A stretch of 64,000 bases of DNA from a virus (Duplodnaviria > Caudoviricetes), in IMG/VR virus record IMGVR_UViG_2595698649_000001, positions 83,285 to 147,284 of that record, one strand, 5' to 3'. A program made the translations under genes and the position numbers. The notes beneath the pieces were generated by a model. That model had not been told where the DNA came from and ran no database searches. It worked only from the letters and a program-made list of their open reading frames with translations. Numbering within the stretch: the first letter of the stretch is position 1; each line of letters opens with the position of its first letter. Below, piece after piece: positions 9,137 through 20,252 of the stretch.

Positions 9137-9160
9137 GGGGCGGCTTAATCGCCGCCCTTT
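9137..9160 (+). terminator. intrinsic terminator
   Basis: GGGCGGC-TTAATC-GCCGCCC-TTT. Confidence 0.75.
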
Positions 9161-9169
9161 AATTATATT

Positions 9170-9750
9170 ATGATATTAGACCTATTTAAAATACCACTAT
9201 ACTCCGTAAATCTAAACTTAGATACACAAAAAATTTCTGAGTATTGTTTGTTACATCAAATAGATAATGATGGCAGACAAGTTTCAAACGCAGGTGGTTA
9301 TCAATCTAAAGACTTAGTAGGTGAACACCCACAATTAAATGACCTGTTTGTACAAATAGAAGAACATGGTAAAAGTTTTGCAACTAATTTACATTTGGGT
9401 AAAGTATTATTAGATAACATATGGATTAATATTAACGAATACAAAGACCACAATTTACCACATGTACATAGTGATTGTGCCTTGTCTGGTGTATATTATA
9501 CTCAGGTACCAATCGTCCCAAGTGGTGGTGAGATTGCCTTTAAGCATCCATCAATGTATATCAAACAAGAATGGAAGAATCCACAACTTCATACAAGTTA
9601 TACAAGTAATATTATTGGCATGCCAGTACACGAAAATTGTTTGTATATTTTTCCATCTTGGTTAGAACATTTGGTAATGCCAAACATGACTAACGAAAAA
9701 GAATTTCAATTAGTTTCAATTTGAAGCTTGACAAAAGAGTAATTTTATGA
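9170..9750 (+). CDS. 2OG-Fe(II) oxygenase; apparent 1-nt deletion in A-run near 9696-9700
   Basis: WININ..HNLPHVH..SGVYY..IFPSWLEHLV; one added A restores RISISFN. Confidence 0.8.
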
Positions 9751-9756
9751 TAGGAT
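9728..9756 (+). promoter_or_regulatory. sigma70-type promoter
   Basis: TTGACA-N17-TAGGAT. Confidence 0.75.
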
Positions 9757-9763
9757 GTATATT

Positions 9764-10075
9764 ATGAACTACAAATTTAAAGAAAAAATTATCTTAGATG
9801 ATGTGATGAAATATATTGATAACACTTACGGTGGTCATTATGCACAAAGTCAAAGACAATCTACAGAAAACATTATTGACCAAGGACATGGTGATGGTTT
9901 CTGTATGGGTAATATTATGAAATATACCCAAAGATATGGCAAAAAAGAAGGCAAGAATAAGGCAGACCTTATGAAAGTTATTCATTATGCTGTAATACAA
10001 TTGTCCCAAGACCACTACAAAGAAGAAGAACGACCTCTTGGTAGTGTGATGTCTGAAAAACTTAATAATAACTAA
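9764..10075 (+). CDS. DUF3310 / T7 gp1.7-like protein
   Basis: HY..GFCMGNIMKYTQRYGKK..DLMKVIHY. Confidence 0.7.
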   Translation: MNYKFKEKIILDDVMKYIDNTYGGHYAQSQRQSTENIIDQGHGDGFCMGNIMKYTQRYGKKEGKNKADLMKVIHYAVIQLSQDHYKEEERPLGSVMSEKLNNN

Positions 10076-10087
10076 GGAGAATATATA

Positions 10088-10756
10088 ATGCAATTAAGCG
10101 AAAGTACAAAAGAGATACTTAAAAACTTTTCTGAGATTAATCCAAACTTGATGATTAAACCAGGTAAAGAATTAAAGACTATCTCTACAATGAAGAATAT
10201 TCTTGCTACAGCAAATGTAAGTGAAGAATTTCCACAAGATATCGCCATCTATGACTTGAATGAGTTTTTAGGCGTGATGTCATTATTTACAAAACCACAG
10301 TTTACCTTTGATGACAAATCGTTATCTATTGGTGAAGAAGGTACATCAACAAAGTCAAAATATTACTTTGCTGATCCTTCAATCTTAACTGTTCCACAAA
10401 AAGATGTAAAAATGCCTGAAGCAGAGGTACAGTTTACTCTAACTGAAACAGATTTAACTAAAGTGAAGAAAGCGGCGTCAATGTTACAATTGCCAGATAT
10501 CGCTATTACTTCTAAAGGTAGTGATATCACATTATCAGCAATTGATAAAAAGAATGATACTGCTAATAACTTTAGTATTAAAGTTGGTGAAACAAACTCT
10601 AAATTTGAGTTTCATTTTAAAACAGAACATTTAAAAATGTTACCTGGTGATTACAATGTATCTATCTCATCAAAGTTAATTAGTAATTTTAAACATAAAT
10701 CAAAACCAATTCAATATTGGATTGCTTTAGAAAACACAAGTAAATTTACTGGCTAA
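10088..10756 (+). CDS. 45: gp45 sliding clamp
   Basis: LKNFSEIN, AIYDLNEFL, YWIALE; synteny 45-44-62-regA-43. Confidence 0.95.
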   Translation: MQLSESTKEILKNFSEINPNLMIKPGKELKTISTMKNILATANVSEEFPQDIAIYDLNEFLGVMSLFTKPQFTFDDKSLSIGEEGTSTKSKYYFADPSILTVPQKDVKMPEAEVQFTLTETDLTKVKKAASMLQLPDIAITSKGSDITLSAIDKKNDTANNFSIKVGETNSKFEFHFKTEHLKMLPGDYNVSISSKLISNFKHKSKPIQYWIALENTSKFTG

Positions 10757-10774
10757 TTAGATGAGGAATATATT

Positions 10775-11719
10775 ATGGAAAACTTTTTATGGGTTGAACA
10801 ATATCGCCCTAGTAAGATTGATGAATGTATCTTACCTACAGAAATTAAGAATACATTTAAACAGATAGTAAAACAAGGAGAAATACCTAACTTATTATTA
10901 TCTGGTACAGCAGGTACAGGTAAAACTACAATTGCGAAAGCATTATGTAATGAACTTGATTGTGATGTAATGATGATTAATGGTTCAGACGAAGGTCGTT
11001 CCATTGACATTGTAAGAAATCAAATCAAGTCATTTGCCAGTACAGTATCACTAAACGAAAGTAACAAACCTAAAGTAGTAATTGTTGACGAAGCAGACTA
11101 TATGAATGCTGAGTCCGTGCAACCTGCTTTAAGAAACTTTATTGAAACTTTTAGTAATAACTGTAGATTTATTTTTACATGTAATTACAAAAACAAAATC
11201 ATACCGGCAATTCACAGTAGATGTACTGTTATTAATTTTTCTACACAGAAAAAAGATAAAGAGAAATTAGCAGGTCAGTTTCATAAAAGATTATCCACAA
11301 TACTAGACCAGGAAAACATTGAGTTTGATCCTAAAGTATTGGCAGAATTAATTATAAAATTCTATCCAGACTTTAGAAGAACTATCAATGAATTACAGCG
11401 TTATAGTGTAAGTGGTAGAATAGACACAGGCATTTTAGTTAACATTGCTGAAATGAATATCCAAGGTCTCAACAAAGCGTTATCTAATAAACACTTTGGT
11501 GATATGAGAAAATGGGTAGTTGATAACATTGACAAGGATCCTACTGGTCTATATAAAGAACTATATCAAAACTTCTACGAAGTATTAAAGCCTGAAACAA
11601 TACCTGCTATGATTATATTATTGGCAGAGTATCAGTACAAGAATGCTTTTGTAGCGGATCCTGAATTGAATATGGTCGCTTGCCTAACTGAAATAATGGG
11701 CGAGTGTAAATTCAAATGA
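10775..11719 (+). CDS. 44: gp44 clamp loader large subunit
   Basis: LWVEQYRP, GTAGTGKTT, DEAD, SRC. Confidence 0.96.
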   Translation: MENFLWVEQYRPSKIDECILPTEIKNTFKQIVKQGEIPNLLLSGTAGTGKTTIAKALCNELDCDVMMINGSDEGRSIDIVRNQIKSFASTVSLNESNKPKVVIVDEADYMNAESVQPALRNFIETFSNNCRFIFTCNYKNKIIPAIHSRCTVINFSTQKKDKEKLAGQFHKRLSTILDQENIEFDPKVLAELIIKFYPDFRRTINELQRYSVSGRIDTGILVNIAEMNIQGLNKALSNKHFGDMRKWVVDNIDKDPTGLYKELYQNFYEVLKPETIPAMIILLAEYQYKNAFVADPELNMVACLTEIMGECKFK

Positions 11720-12174
11720 TAGGTTTAGGATACTTAGATTACTGCCAAAAACGAATAGACGAAGGATTATCAACCCAACAAACTAAAACTGGTTTTGGTT
11801 TTGAGGATCCTGGACAAGAGCGTTTTGTTGTTTACTTTGCAAGAACTCACATTATAGACCATCAAACTGGTATTGAAGCTAGAGGTTTATTAAAGATAGG
11901 TCGTGCTAAATTTGCAACAGCACTACAAAGAAGTCGTAATCAACCTGGTTGTGATTTTCGTATCTATGCTGAAATAGTCTGTGAAACAAATAATCAAATC
12001 AAAGAACTAGAAAAGAAAGTAGAAAAATTTTTGGTTGATAAACATGTTGAACTGACACAAAATCAAAGAGAACTGTACGATATAAAAGATGATGAACTAA
12101 GACCTACGATTAAGGCAATACTTAATCATGTGTATTATTTTGAACCTAAGGAGGTATGTTACTATGGATGCTAG
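11716..12174 (+). CDS. T5orf172/GIY-YIG-like protein
   Basis: VVYF..LLKIGRA..R..QPG..F.IY..LEKKV..RELY pattern. Confidence 0.5.
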   Translation: MIGLGYLDYCQKRIDEGLSTQQTKTGFGFEDPGQERFVVYFARTHIIDHQTGIEARGLLKIGRAKFATALQRSRNQPGCDFRIYAEIVCETNNQIKELEKKVEKFLVDKHVELTQNQRELYDIKDDELRPTIKAILNHVYYFEPKEVCYYGC

Positions 12175-12724
12175 AAAGGTATATGATTATTGGCATTGGT
12201 CAAATGTCATAAGTGAAAAAGACAGGCAAGGTATGATTAATAATTTCTTGCATAGGTCTTTAGGTGATGAGAAAGAAGAATTACAAGGACATAACGAACA
12301 AGGTAATATGAAAAATGCTAAGGTTAAAACAATTAGTCTTGGTAGATTGCCAGAGATTAATCGTTTCTTAGATAGTGCCTATAAAACTAATAATGAAATT
12401 TTTGGTTATAATTTATGGGAAAGAAATAACTTAGATGTAATGTTATTAAATAGATATACAAAAGATATGAACTATCATTGGCATACGGACGCCAGTAGAG
12501 ACTTAGCACATGATATTAAATTAACTTTTTTAATTAACTTATCAAATGACAATAGTTATGAAGGTGGTCAGTTTCAGATATATAATAATCTAACATTAAC
12601 TTGTGATTTTAATCCAGGTGATATGATAATGTTTAAATCAGGATTACATCATAGAGTTACACCTATTACATCTGGTGAAAGAATATCATTAACACACTTT
12701 ATGGTAGGACCTAGATTTATATGA
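12164..12724 (+). CDS. 2OG-Fe(II) oxygenase (PKHD/prolyl hydroxylase type)
   Basis: YHWHTD, YEGGQF, HRVTPITSGERISL. Confidence 0.88.
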   Translation: MDARKVYDYWHWSNVISEKDRQGMINNFLHRSLGDEKEELQGHNEQGNMKNAKVKTISLGRLPEINRFLDSAYKTNNEIFGYNLWERNNLDVMLLNRYTKDMNYHWHTDASRDLAHDIKLTFLINLSNDNSYEGGQFQIYNNLTLTCDFNPGDMIMFKSGLHHRVTPITSGERISLTHFMVGPRFI

Positions 12725-13113
12725 ACGAATACAAATTAACAGATTACTTAACATCTATTAACTGGTCTAAAAAGAAGTTAATGGATACAGACGACAAAAC
12801 ATGGGAAAAGAAATACCCACCTTTTATTATTAACAAAGGTCTTTCTTATTTTGTAGATACAGTTATGTTTGCAAACGAAATGAATAGACTACACCATGCC
12901 TCTAAGCATATGCAATTTGCCTTTTTACTAAATACTATTAGACCTCAAAAAAGGTTTAGTAAGTGGATGAAGGCTAGTAAGTTAGCAAACCTAGAGCTGG
13001 TTAAGCAATATTACGGATATAGCAACAAAAAAGCACAACAAGCACTTAATGTTCTTACTAAAAAACAGGTTGAATATATTAAAGAAAAACTACATAAAGG
13101 TGGGAAAAAATGA
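12721..13113 (+). CDS. 62: gp62 clamp loader small subunit
   Basis: YPPFIIN, ANEMN, KRFSKW, YYGYS; synteny. Confidence 0.92.
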   Translation: MNEYKLTDYLTSINWSKKKLMDTDDKTWEKKYPPFIINKGLSYFVDTVMFANEMNRLHHASKHMQFAFLLNTIRPQKRFSKWMKASKLANLELVKQYYGYSNKKAQQALNVLTKKQVEYIKEKLHKGGKK

Positions 13114-13556
13114 GTGAATTTGTAGAATGGAAACCAGAGAGTATGCTTGAGGTCAAACTCAAAGAGCCAGATGATTTCCTAAAAATAAGAGAAACGCTAA
13201 CACGAATAGGTGTTGCGAGTAGAAAAGAACGAAAAATATTCCAGTCTTGTCACATATTACATAAACAAGGTAGATATTTTATTGTACACTTTAAAGAGTT
13301 ATTTGCTTTAGACGGAAAGAAAAGCAATATAATGACTAACGATATTGAAAGAAGAAATACCATATCTCAATTGTTGAGTGACTGGGGTTTAATTGAACTG
13401 GTTGGTACTATAACTGAAAAGGCACCACTATCACAAATTAAAGTTTTACCTTACAAGGATAAAAAAGAGTGGATACTAGAACCTAAATATAATATTGGAA
13501 AGAAACCAGAACAACAAGAGGAAAAAAATGAGAGACCAGATAATCAAAGCGCTTAA
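13110..13556 (+). CDS. regA: RegA translational repressor
   Basis: DDFLKIRETLTRIGVAS, QSCHILHKQGRYFIVHFKELF. Confidence 0.96.
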   Translation: MSEFVEWKPESMLEVKLKEPDDFLKIRETLTRIGVASRKERKIFQSCHILHKQGRYFIVHFKELFALDGKKSNIMTNDIERRNTISQLLSDWGLIELVGTITEKAPLSQIKVLPYKDKKEWILEPKYNIGKKPEQQEEKNERPDNQSA

Positions 13557-13731
13557 GTCTCATGCTCAAGGTCATATAGACAAGCATGTTGCCAATGTAG
13601 AAGTACATATAAGAAATGCCACAGGTGTGGCAGAGCACAGCGACCATGTGGAAACAATTGAAAAAGAGTTGAAGCAGATTGCTGAATATGATGACCAATT
13701 AGAAATGCTAAATAAGTATTTTACTAATTAA
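13528..13731 (+). CDS. small conserved hypothetical protein
   Basis: HAQGHIDKHVANVEV..GVAEHSD; recalled as typical of marine T4-like phages. Confidence 0.65.
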   Translation: MRDQIIKALKSHAQGHIDKHVANVEVHIRNATGVAEHSDHVETIEKELKQIAEYDDQLEMLNKYFTN

Positions 13732-13735
13732 AAGC

Positions 13736-13764
13736 TTGACTTTTTAAGTCAATTGTGATATAAT
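13736..13764 (+). promoter_or_regulatory. sigma70-type promoter
   Basis: TTGACT-N17-TATAAT. Confidence 0.85.
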
Positions 13765-13776
13765 ATATTATTGTTT

Positions 13777-16254
13777 ATGCGAGATTTTTATACTAACGTT
13801 TCACCTTACGGCGATGAATTACTTGTCCGTGGTTTTCAAAACGGCGAAAGATTTGAAGATAGATTACATTATGTACCTTCAATCTACCACCCTTACAAAT
13901 CACCACAACCTACAAAGTATCGTGCTTTAGATGGCACGCCACTAGTTGCTCGTAAATGTAAAACTGTTAAAGAAGCAAGAATGCTTATCAAACGGTATGA
14001 AGAGCATCCTAATTTTATATACGGGACAGATAGATGGCAATATCAATACATTGCTGACTATTACCAAGGTACAGTAGAATACGACAAAAACAAATTACGA
14101 ATTTATACAATAGATATTGAAGTAGAAAGCGAACATGGATTTCCTAATCCAGATGACGCTGACGAAAAAATGATTTGTATTACAATCAAAGACCAAATTA
14201 AAAAATCTATATTAGTTTGGGGTCTTGCTGATTATACAGTTAAACAAAAGAATGTTAATTATATTAAATGTAAAGATGAAAAAGATTTACTTAAAAACTT
14301 CTTAGGTTTCTGGAAACAATACACGCCAGATATTCTAACAGGTTGGAATAGTAAATACTTTGATGTACCTTATCTTATTAATAGAACTAAAAAAGTATTA
14401 GGCGAACACTCAATTAAAAGATATTCGCCATGGGATATTGTTGACGAAGACAAAGCATATCACAACGGTAGACAAGTTACATTTTTTAGATTGTTAGGTA
14501 TTGCACAACTTGACTATCTACAACTCTATGCTAAATTTACAATTAAGAACCAAGAACGATATACACTTGACCATATTGCATTTGTAGAACTTGGCGAACA
14601 AAAAGATAAAAACCCATATGACACTTTTAAAGAATGGTATCAAAATGATATACAATCTTTTATTGATTACAACATTGTTGATGTAGAACTAGTTGATAAA
14701 CTAGAAGATAGATTACAACTAATTGAGCTTGCAATCACTATGTCTTATAATGCAAAAGCAAACTTTGAAGATGTATTCTCACAAGTTAGAATGTGGGACA
14801 CAATCATATTCAACGAATTATTAAAAGATGATATTATTGTACCAATGAGAAAGATTGGTAGTATTCAAGCAAAAGAACTTGTAGGTGCATATGTTAAGGA
14901 TCCTAAAGTAGGTTTCCATGATTGGGTTGTATCGTTTGACTTGAACTCACTATATCCACATTTAATTATGCAATACAATATTAGTCCTGAAACTATACTA
15001 CCAGAACAAAAAGATATATTGATTGATGACTTACTTGAAAAGAAAGTTGACACGTCTGACGGTAACTGTATTGCTGCCAATGGCACAATGTATAAACGAG
15101 ACGTACAAGGTATGTTGCCACGAATTATACAAAAAGAATATAACGATAGAGTTATTTACAAAAAGAAAATGTTAGAAGCAGAACAAATGTATGCTAACAC
15201 AAAAGATAAGAAGTATGAAAAACTGGCAAGAAAGTTTTATATCATACAACACTCTAAAAAAATATCCTTGAATAGTGCTTATGGTGCAATTGGTAACAAA
15301 TACTTTAGATATTATGACCATAGACAAGCAGAAGCGATTACTATGTCTGGTCAATTAAACATTAAATGGATTGAAAAAAGATTAAACGAATACTTTAACA
15401 AGTTGTATAATACAGATGATGATTATATCATTGCGTCTGATACAGATAGTGTGTACATTAATATGGCACCACTTGTAAAGATGACTGGTGCAACTGATAA
15501 AGATAAAATTGTAAAAGCATTAGACACATTTTGTAGTGAAAGACTAGAACCATATATTGCAAAAGTATATAAAGAACTTGGCGATTATATGAACGTTAGT
15601 GAAAACAAAATGGTTATGAAACGAGAGGCGATTGCTGATAGAGGTATCTGGACTGCCAAGAAAAGATATGTTCTAAATGTTCATAATTCTGAGGGTGTTC
15701 AATATTCTGAACCTAAACTTAAAATTATGGGCATTGAAGCAGTAAAAACTTCAACGCCATTACCTGTTAGAGAAAAGTTAAGAGAGAGTTTTAAAATATT
15801 AATGTCTGGTAATGAAACACAAATGAAAGACTTTGTAATAAACTTTAAACGAGAGTTTGAACACATGACGCCAGAACAGATTGGTTTCCCTCGTAGTATT
15901 AATAACATAGAAAAATATTCTGACACAACATCTATATACAAGAAAGGTACACCAATGCATGTCAAAGGTGCATTGTTATATAATCACTTGTTAAAAACTA
16001 ATAAAGTGGCACATAAGTACCAACGAATATATAATGGTGACAAAGGTAAGTTTGTACATCTAAGAAAGAATATCTGGAATGCAAATGTAATTACTTTCAT
16101 TGCAGATTTGCCAAAAGAATTTGATATGCACAAAAGTATAGATTATGATTTACAGTTTAATAAATCATTTATGGAACCATTACGATTTATACTTGAAGCA
16201 ATTAAGTGGCGAGTTGACGCAAGCGAAACAAGTAACCTAGAGGATTTCTTTTGA
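13777..16254 (+). CDS. 43: gp43 family B DNA polymerase
   Basis: DIEV exonuclease, SFDLNSLYP, KISLNSAYG, SDTDS, KKRY. Confidence 0.98.
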   Translation: MRDFYTNVSPYGDELLVRGFQNGERFEDRLHYVPSIYHPYKSPQPTKYRALDGTPLVARKCKTVKEARMLIKRYEEHPNFIYGTDRWQYQYIADYYQGTVEYDKNKLRIYTIDIEVESEHGFPNPDDADEKMICITIKDQIKKSILVWGLADYTVKQKNVNYIKCKDEKDLLKNFLGFWKQYTPDILTGWNSKYFDVPYLINRTKKVLGEHSIKRYSPWDIVDEDKAYHNGRQVTFFRLLGIAQLDYLQLYAKFTIKNQERYTLDHIAFVELGEQKDKNPYDTFKEWYQNDIQSFIDYNIVDVELVDKLEDRLQLIELAITMSYNAKANFEDVFSQVRMWDTIIFNELLKDDIIVPMRKIGSIQAKELVGAYVKDPKVGFHDWVVSFDLNSLYPHLIMQYNISPETILPEQKDILIDDLLEKKVDTSDGNCIAANGTMYKRDVQGMLPRIIQKEYNDRVIYKKKMLEAEQMYANTKDKKYEKLARKFYIIQHSKKISLNSAYGAIGNKYFRYYDHRQAEAITMSGQLNIKWIEKRLNEYFNKLYNTDDDYIIASDTDSVYINMAPLVKMTGATDKDKIVKALDTFCSERLEPYIAKVYKELGDYMNVSENKMVMKREAIADRGIWTAKKRYVLNVHNSEGVQYSEPKLKIMGIEAVKTSTPLPVREKLRESFKILMSGNETQMKDFVINFKREFEHMTPEQIGFPRSINNIEKYSDTTSIYKKGTPMHVKGALLYNHLLKTNKVAHKYQRIYNGDKGKFVHLRKNIWNANVITFIADLPKEFDMHKSIDYDLQFNKSFMEPLRFILEAIKWRVDASETSNLEDFF

Positions 16255-17375
16255 TATTAAATAACCAAGACGCTACATGGGCAATGAATTACTTTATAGA
16301 ATACTTTGGTCAATATGAAAGAATAGACCAATATCTTAAAGAACAAAAATTAGAACAAGTTAAAAATTTTCCATTTCAATTACCTGGCATGGCAGACGAA
16401 GATGAGTTTTTTGCTAACTTTGAAATATCTCCTGAAGATATGAAATTTAGCGTGACTATACCTAATGGTCAAATATTTGATAGAATGTTAAACAAAACAT
16501 CTAGTCATACTAACATGTCAAGTATACCTGGTAAGTCAATTAGATTGTTAGTTACAGAAACAACTACAAATACTATTGTAGGTTTTATTAGACTTGGTAG
16601 TCCTGTGATTAATAGTAAACCACGAAATGTTTATCTTGGTAGACCTTTACAAACTACAGACATGGAAGAAATGGGTAGATTTAACAATAGTGCCATTATG
16701 GGATTTGTAATTGTACCTACACAACCATTTGGTTATAATTATCTTGGTGGTAAACTATTAGCGGCGATATGCTGTAGTCATCATGTGAGAGATATACTAA
16801 ATAAGAAATATAATACTAACATATGTTTATTTGAAACAACAAGTTTATATGGTAGTAGTAAATCATCAAGTCAGTATGATGGTATGAAACCTTATTTAAG
16901 ATTTAAAGGTTTGACAGATAGTCACTTCTTGCCATTATTACATGGCGAAGCATTTAAGAAAATGAATGCCTGGTTTACAGAAAGAAACGGAGAACCTTTA
17001 GTTGACGCTGACGCAAGTAGTAGAAAACTAAAAATACAAACAAAGATGGTATCTATAATCAAGGAATCCTTGAAACAATATGACGCCAATCTATATGATA
17101 AGTTTAGTAAGTTTGTAAATAAAACTAGAGACTTAACTGAACAGAAAAGATTTTACATGTCTGATTACGGATATGAAAATGTGCCACAATATCTTAAACG
17201 TGAGACAGATGAATTAAAACGTGGTATACACTACGATAAGTTTACATTAGAGAATACAATCAAATGGTGGCAAAAACTTGCTACTAAACGATTTAATAAA
17301 CTTAAACAAAACAATAATATAAGAAATGATTTAGAGATATGGCACGAAGACGCCAATATACAAATTATAAGATAA
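16251..17375 (+). CDS. DruA/DUF4338-like protein, paralog 2
   Basis: PGKSIRLLV, QPFGYNYLGGKLLA, FETTSLYG..SQYDG. Confidence 0.7.
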   Translation: MILNNQDATWAMNYFIEYFGQYERIDQYLKEQKLEQVKNFPFQLPGMADEDEFFANFEISPEDMKFSVTIPNGQIFDRMLNKTSSHTNMSSIPGKSIRLLVTETTTNTIVGFIRLGSPVINSKPRNVYLGRPLQTTDMEEMGRFNNSAIMGFVIVPTQPFGYNYLGGKLLAAICCSHHVRDILNKKYNTNICLFETTSLYGSSKSSSQYDGMKPYLRFKGLTDSHFLPLLHGEAFKKMNAWFTERNGEPLVDADASSRKLKIQTKMVSIIKESLKQYDANLYDKFSKFVNKTRDLTEQKRFYMSDYGYENVPQYLKRETDELKRGIHYDKFTLENTIKWWQKLATKRFNKLKQNNNIRNDLEIWHEDANIQIIR

Positions 17376-17378
17376 AGC

Positions 17379-17407
17379 TTGACTATTTGAAAGGAGTATG
17401 ATATAAT
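17379..17407 (+). promoter_or_regulatory. sigma70-type promoter
   Basis: TTGACT-N17-TATAAT. Confidence 0.75.
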
Positions 17408-17627
17408 GGAACAAATAATGAAAAAAGCACAAGAACAAATGATAACAAATGAAGATTATCTTACAATGGTAAAGATAATACAGGCAGCACTTCAAAGAGG
17501 TGCAATCAAACCTGAAGAAATGGTAACAGTAGGCGGACTGTATGATAAGTTAAAATTTCATTTGATTAAAGTAGAAAACGAACAAAAGGAGAAAACAGAT
17601 GGCGAACTTTCTAAAACAAATAATTAA
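17406..17627 (+). CDS. hypothetical protein
   Basis: ORF with SD; [20 protein letters not shown]. Confidence 0.6.
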   Translation: MEQIMKKAQEQMITNEDYLTMVKIIQAALQRGAIKPEEMVTVGGLYDKLKFHLIKVENEQKEKTDGELSKTNN

Positions 17628-18618
17628 AGAAACAGGTAATGAATATGCTTCACTAGTAAGTGAAGGTGTTGAAGCAGGTGATGTAGATAGTTTCATAGAT
17701 ACAGGTTCGTATATGTTTAATGCCTTACTATCAGGTAGTATCAATGGTGGTTTACCAAGTAATAAAATTACGGCGATTGCAGGTGAAAGTGCAACAGGTA
17801 AAACTTTCTTTGTACTAGGTATGGTAAAAGAATTTTTACAGAATAATAAAAATGCAGGTGTAATTTACTTTGAGAGTGAAAGTGCATTAACAAAAAAATT
17901 AATTGAAGATAGAGGTATTGATAGTGAAAGAATGATTATCATGCCTGTAACTACAGTACAAGAGTTTAGACATCAAGCGTTAACAGTATTAGAAAAATAC
18001 AACGAACAAGATGAAGCAGATAGACAACCATTGTTGTTAGTCTTAGATAGTCTTGGTATGTTGTCAACAACAAAAGAAGTAGAAGACACAGCAGAGGGTA
18101 AAGAAACTAGAGATATGACTAGAGCACAAATACTCAAAGCTGCGTTTAGAGTATTAACATTAAAACTAGGTAGAACAAAAGTACCTATGATTATTACTAA
18201 TCATACATATGACGTAGTTGGTGCATATATGCCAATGAAAGAAATGGGTGGCGGTTCAGGTTTGAAATACGCTGCTAGTACAATTGTATATCTATCTAAG
18301 AAAAAAGAAAAAGAAGGTACAGACGTAGTTGGTAATATCATACATTGCAAAACTCAAAAGTCCAGATTGTCAAAAGAAAACATGATGGTTGATGTAAGAT
18401 TAAGATACGATACTGGTTTAGATAAACACTATGGTTTGGTTGACTTAGCAGTTAAACATGGCATATTCAAACAAGTATCTACAAGAATAGAACTACCAGA
18501 CGGTACTAAACAATATGCGAAAAGCATATATGCTGATCCAGAAAAATATTTTACTAAAGATGTAATGAAACAATTAGACGAAGCTGCAGACAAAGAATAC
18601 AGTTATGGAAACTCCTAA
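17599..18618 (+). CDS. uvsX: UvsX RecA-like recombinase
   Basis: [28 protein letters not shown]. Confidence 0.96.
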   Translation: MANFLKQIIKETGNEYASLVSEGVEAGDVDSFIDTGSYMFNALLSGSINGGLPSNKITAIAGESATGKTFFVLGMVKEFLQNNKNAGVIYFESESALTKKLIEDRGIDSERMIIMPVTTVQEFRHQALTVLEKYNEQDEADRQPLLLVLDSLGMLSTTKEVEDTAEGKETRDMTRAQILKAAFRVLTLKLGRTKVPMIITNHTYDVVGAYMPMKEMGGGSGLKYAASTIVYLSKKKEKEGTDVVGNIIHCKTQKSRLSKENMMVDVRLRYDTGLDKHYGLVDLAVKHGIFKQVSTRIELPDGTKQYAKSIYADPEKYFTKDVMKQLDEAADKEYSYGNS

Positions 18619-18901
18619 TTATACATACATGGAAAATCCTAAAAGTGACCTTACAGGTTTTAGGATTACTGATGGTGTGTATAAAGATGTTGTTTATACT
18701 TATGGCAAGGTTCAACCTATTGAAGAAAACGATAAGTTGAGATTAAAGTTTGAGTATAACATTGTAGAGAATCCAAGTGGCGTAGATACGGAAGATAAAA
18801 ATTTCATTAATGTCATTGGTGACATATTAACAATAGAGGTAGAAAAAGATGGTAACAGCAGAGAGAATAGAACGGACAGCGCTCAAAAATTTAATACATA
18901 A
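18605..18901 (+). CDS. hypothetical protein in the gene 40 position
   Basis: Between uvsX and 41, as gene 40 is in T4. Confidence 0.5.
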   Translation: METPNYTYMENPKSDLTGFRITDGVYKDVVYTYGKVQPIEENDKLRLKFEYNIVENPSGVDTEDKNFINVIGDILTIEVEKDGNSRENRTDSAQKFNT

Positions 18902-20252
18902 CGAAGTATATACAAGAAAGGTATTACCTTTTCTTAAACCAGAATACTTTGATGACCGTAATGAACGTATTGTTTTTTCTCAAATATTAAAGTTTGTTGA
19001 ACAATACAACAAACAACCTACAAAAGAAACTCTACAAATAGATATTGGTAAACGTAAAGACTTAAACGAAAAAGAACACCAATCTATTGTAGATTTAATC
19101 TCTACACTTAATAAAGAAGACATTGACATTGATTGGTTAACAAATACTACAGAAAAGTTTTGTAAAGACCGTGCTATTCATAACGCAGTTATGGAAGGTA
19201 TTCATATCTTAGATGGCAAGAATAAAAATCAAACTCCAGAAGCAATACCTGAAATAATGAAAGACGCCCTTGCTGTGTCTTTTGATAAGAATGTTGGACA
19301 TGATTATTTGTCTGATATAGAAAAAAGATTTGATTATTACCATAAGAAAGAAAACAGAGTACCTTTTGATTTAGATTTCTTTAACAAAGTTACCAAAGGT
19401 GGTTTGCCAAATAAAACACTTAATGTTGCTCTTGCAGGTACGGGTGTTGGTAAAACTTTATTCATGTGTCATCAAGCTGCCGCTGCCTTATCTGATAATA
19501 AGAATGTATTGTATATCACAATGGAAATGGCAGAGGAAAGAATTGCTGAAAGAATAGACGCTAACTTATTGAATGTGTCTATGGAAGATTTACATATGTT
19601 AAACAAAAAAATGTTTAACGACAAGATTGTACAACTACAAGGCAAAACAACAGGTACAGTTATCATCAAAGAATATCCAACTGCTAGTGCAGGTGCTAAT
19701 CATTATCGTGCATTAGTAAATGAATTAGCATTAAAGAAAAGTTTTAAGCCAGATATTATATTCATAGACTATATTAATATTTGTGCTTCAAGTAGATTTA
19801 AGGCAGGCAGTAATGTAAACAGTTATACTTACATTAAAGCAATCGCTGAAGAATTAAGAGGATTGGCAGTAGAATTAAATGTGCCAATTGTAACGGCAAC
19901 ACAAACCACAAGAACTGGTTTTGTATCCACAGATGTAGGTTTAGAAGATACCTCTGAAAGTTTTGGTTTACCAGCAACAGCAGACTTTATGTTTGCTTTA
20001 ATTAGTAGTGAAGAATTAGAAAAGGCAGGACAAATGCTTGTCAAACAATTAAAAAACAGATACAATGACCCAACAATGAACAGAAAGTTTATTATAGGTG
20101 TTGATAGAAGTAGAATGAAATTGTTTGATATAGAACAGTCAGCACAAAATCTAATACAACCAGAGCAACAGGAGAAATATGTCCAACACAACCCTACGAA
20201 GGAAGAAACACCAGAACAAAAATATAAAAAGTTCCAAGACTTCCAATACTAG
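18849..20252 (+). CDS. 41: gp41 replicative helicase
   Basis: AGTGVGKT, IFIDY, TATQTTR, SESFGLP, KNRY. Confidence 0.97.
   Translation: MVTAERIERTALKNLIHNEVYTRKVLPFLKPEYFDDRNERIVFSQILKFVEQYNKQPTKETLQIDIGKRKDLNEKEHQSIVDLISTLNKEDIDIDWLTNTTEKFCKDRAIHNAVMEGIHILDGKNKNQTPEAIPEIMKDALAVSFDKNVGHDYLSDIEKRFDYYHKKENRVPFDLDFFNKVTKGGLPNKTLNVALAGTGVGKTLFMCHQAAAALSDNKNVLYITMEMAEERIAERIDANLLNVSMEDLHMLNKKMFNDKIVQLQGKTTGTVIIKEYPTASAGANHYRALVNELALKKSFKPDIIFIDYINICASSRFKAGSNVNSYTYIKAIAEELRGLAVELNVPIVTATQTTRTGFVSTDVGLEDTSESFGLPATADFMFALISSEELEKAGQMLVKQLKNRYNDPTMNRKFIIGVDRSRMKLFDIEQSAQNLIQPEQQEKYVQHNPTKEETPEQKYKKFQDFQY

Noticed and set aside
2832-17375. Complete Druantia defence system
   Set aside because: No DruE-like helicase or other Dru genes; the two paralogs are about 12 kb apart
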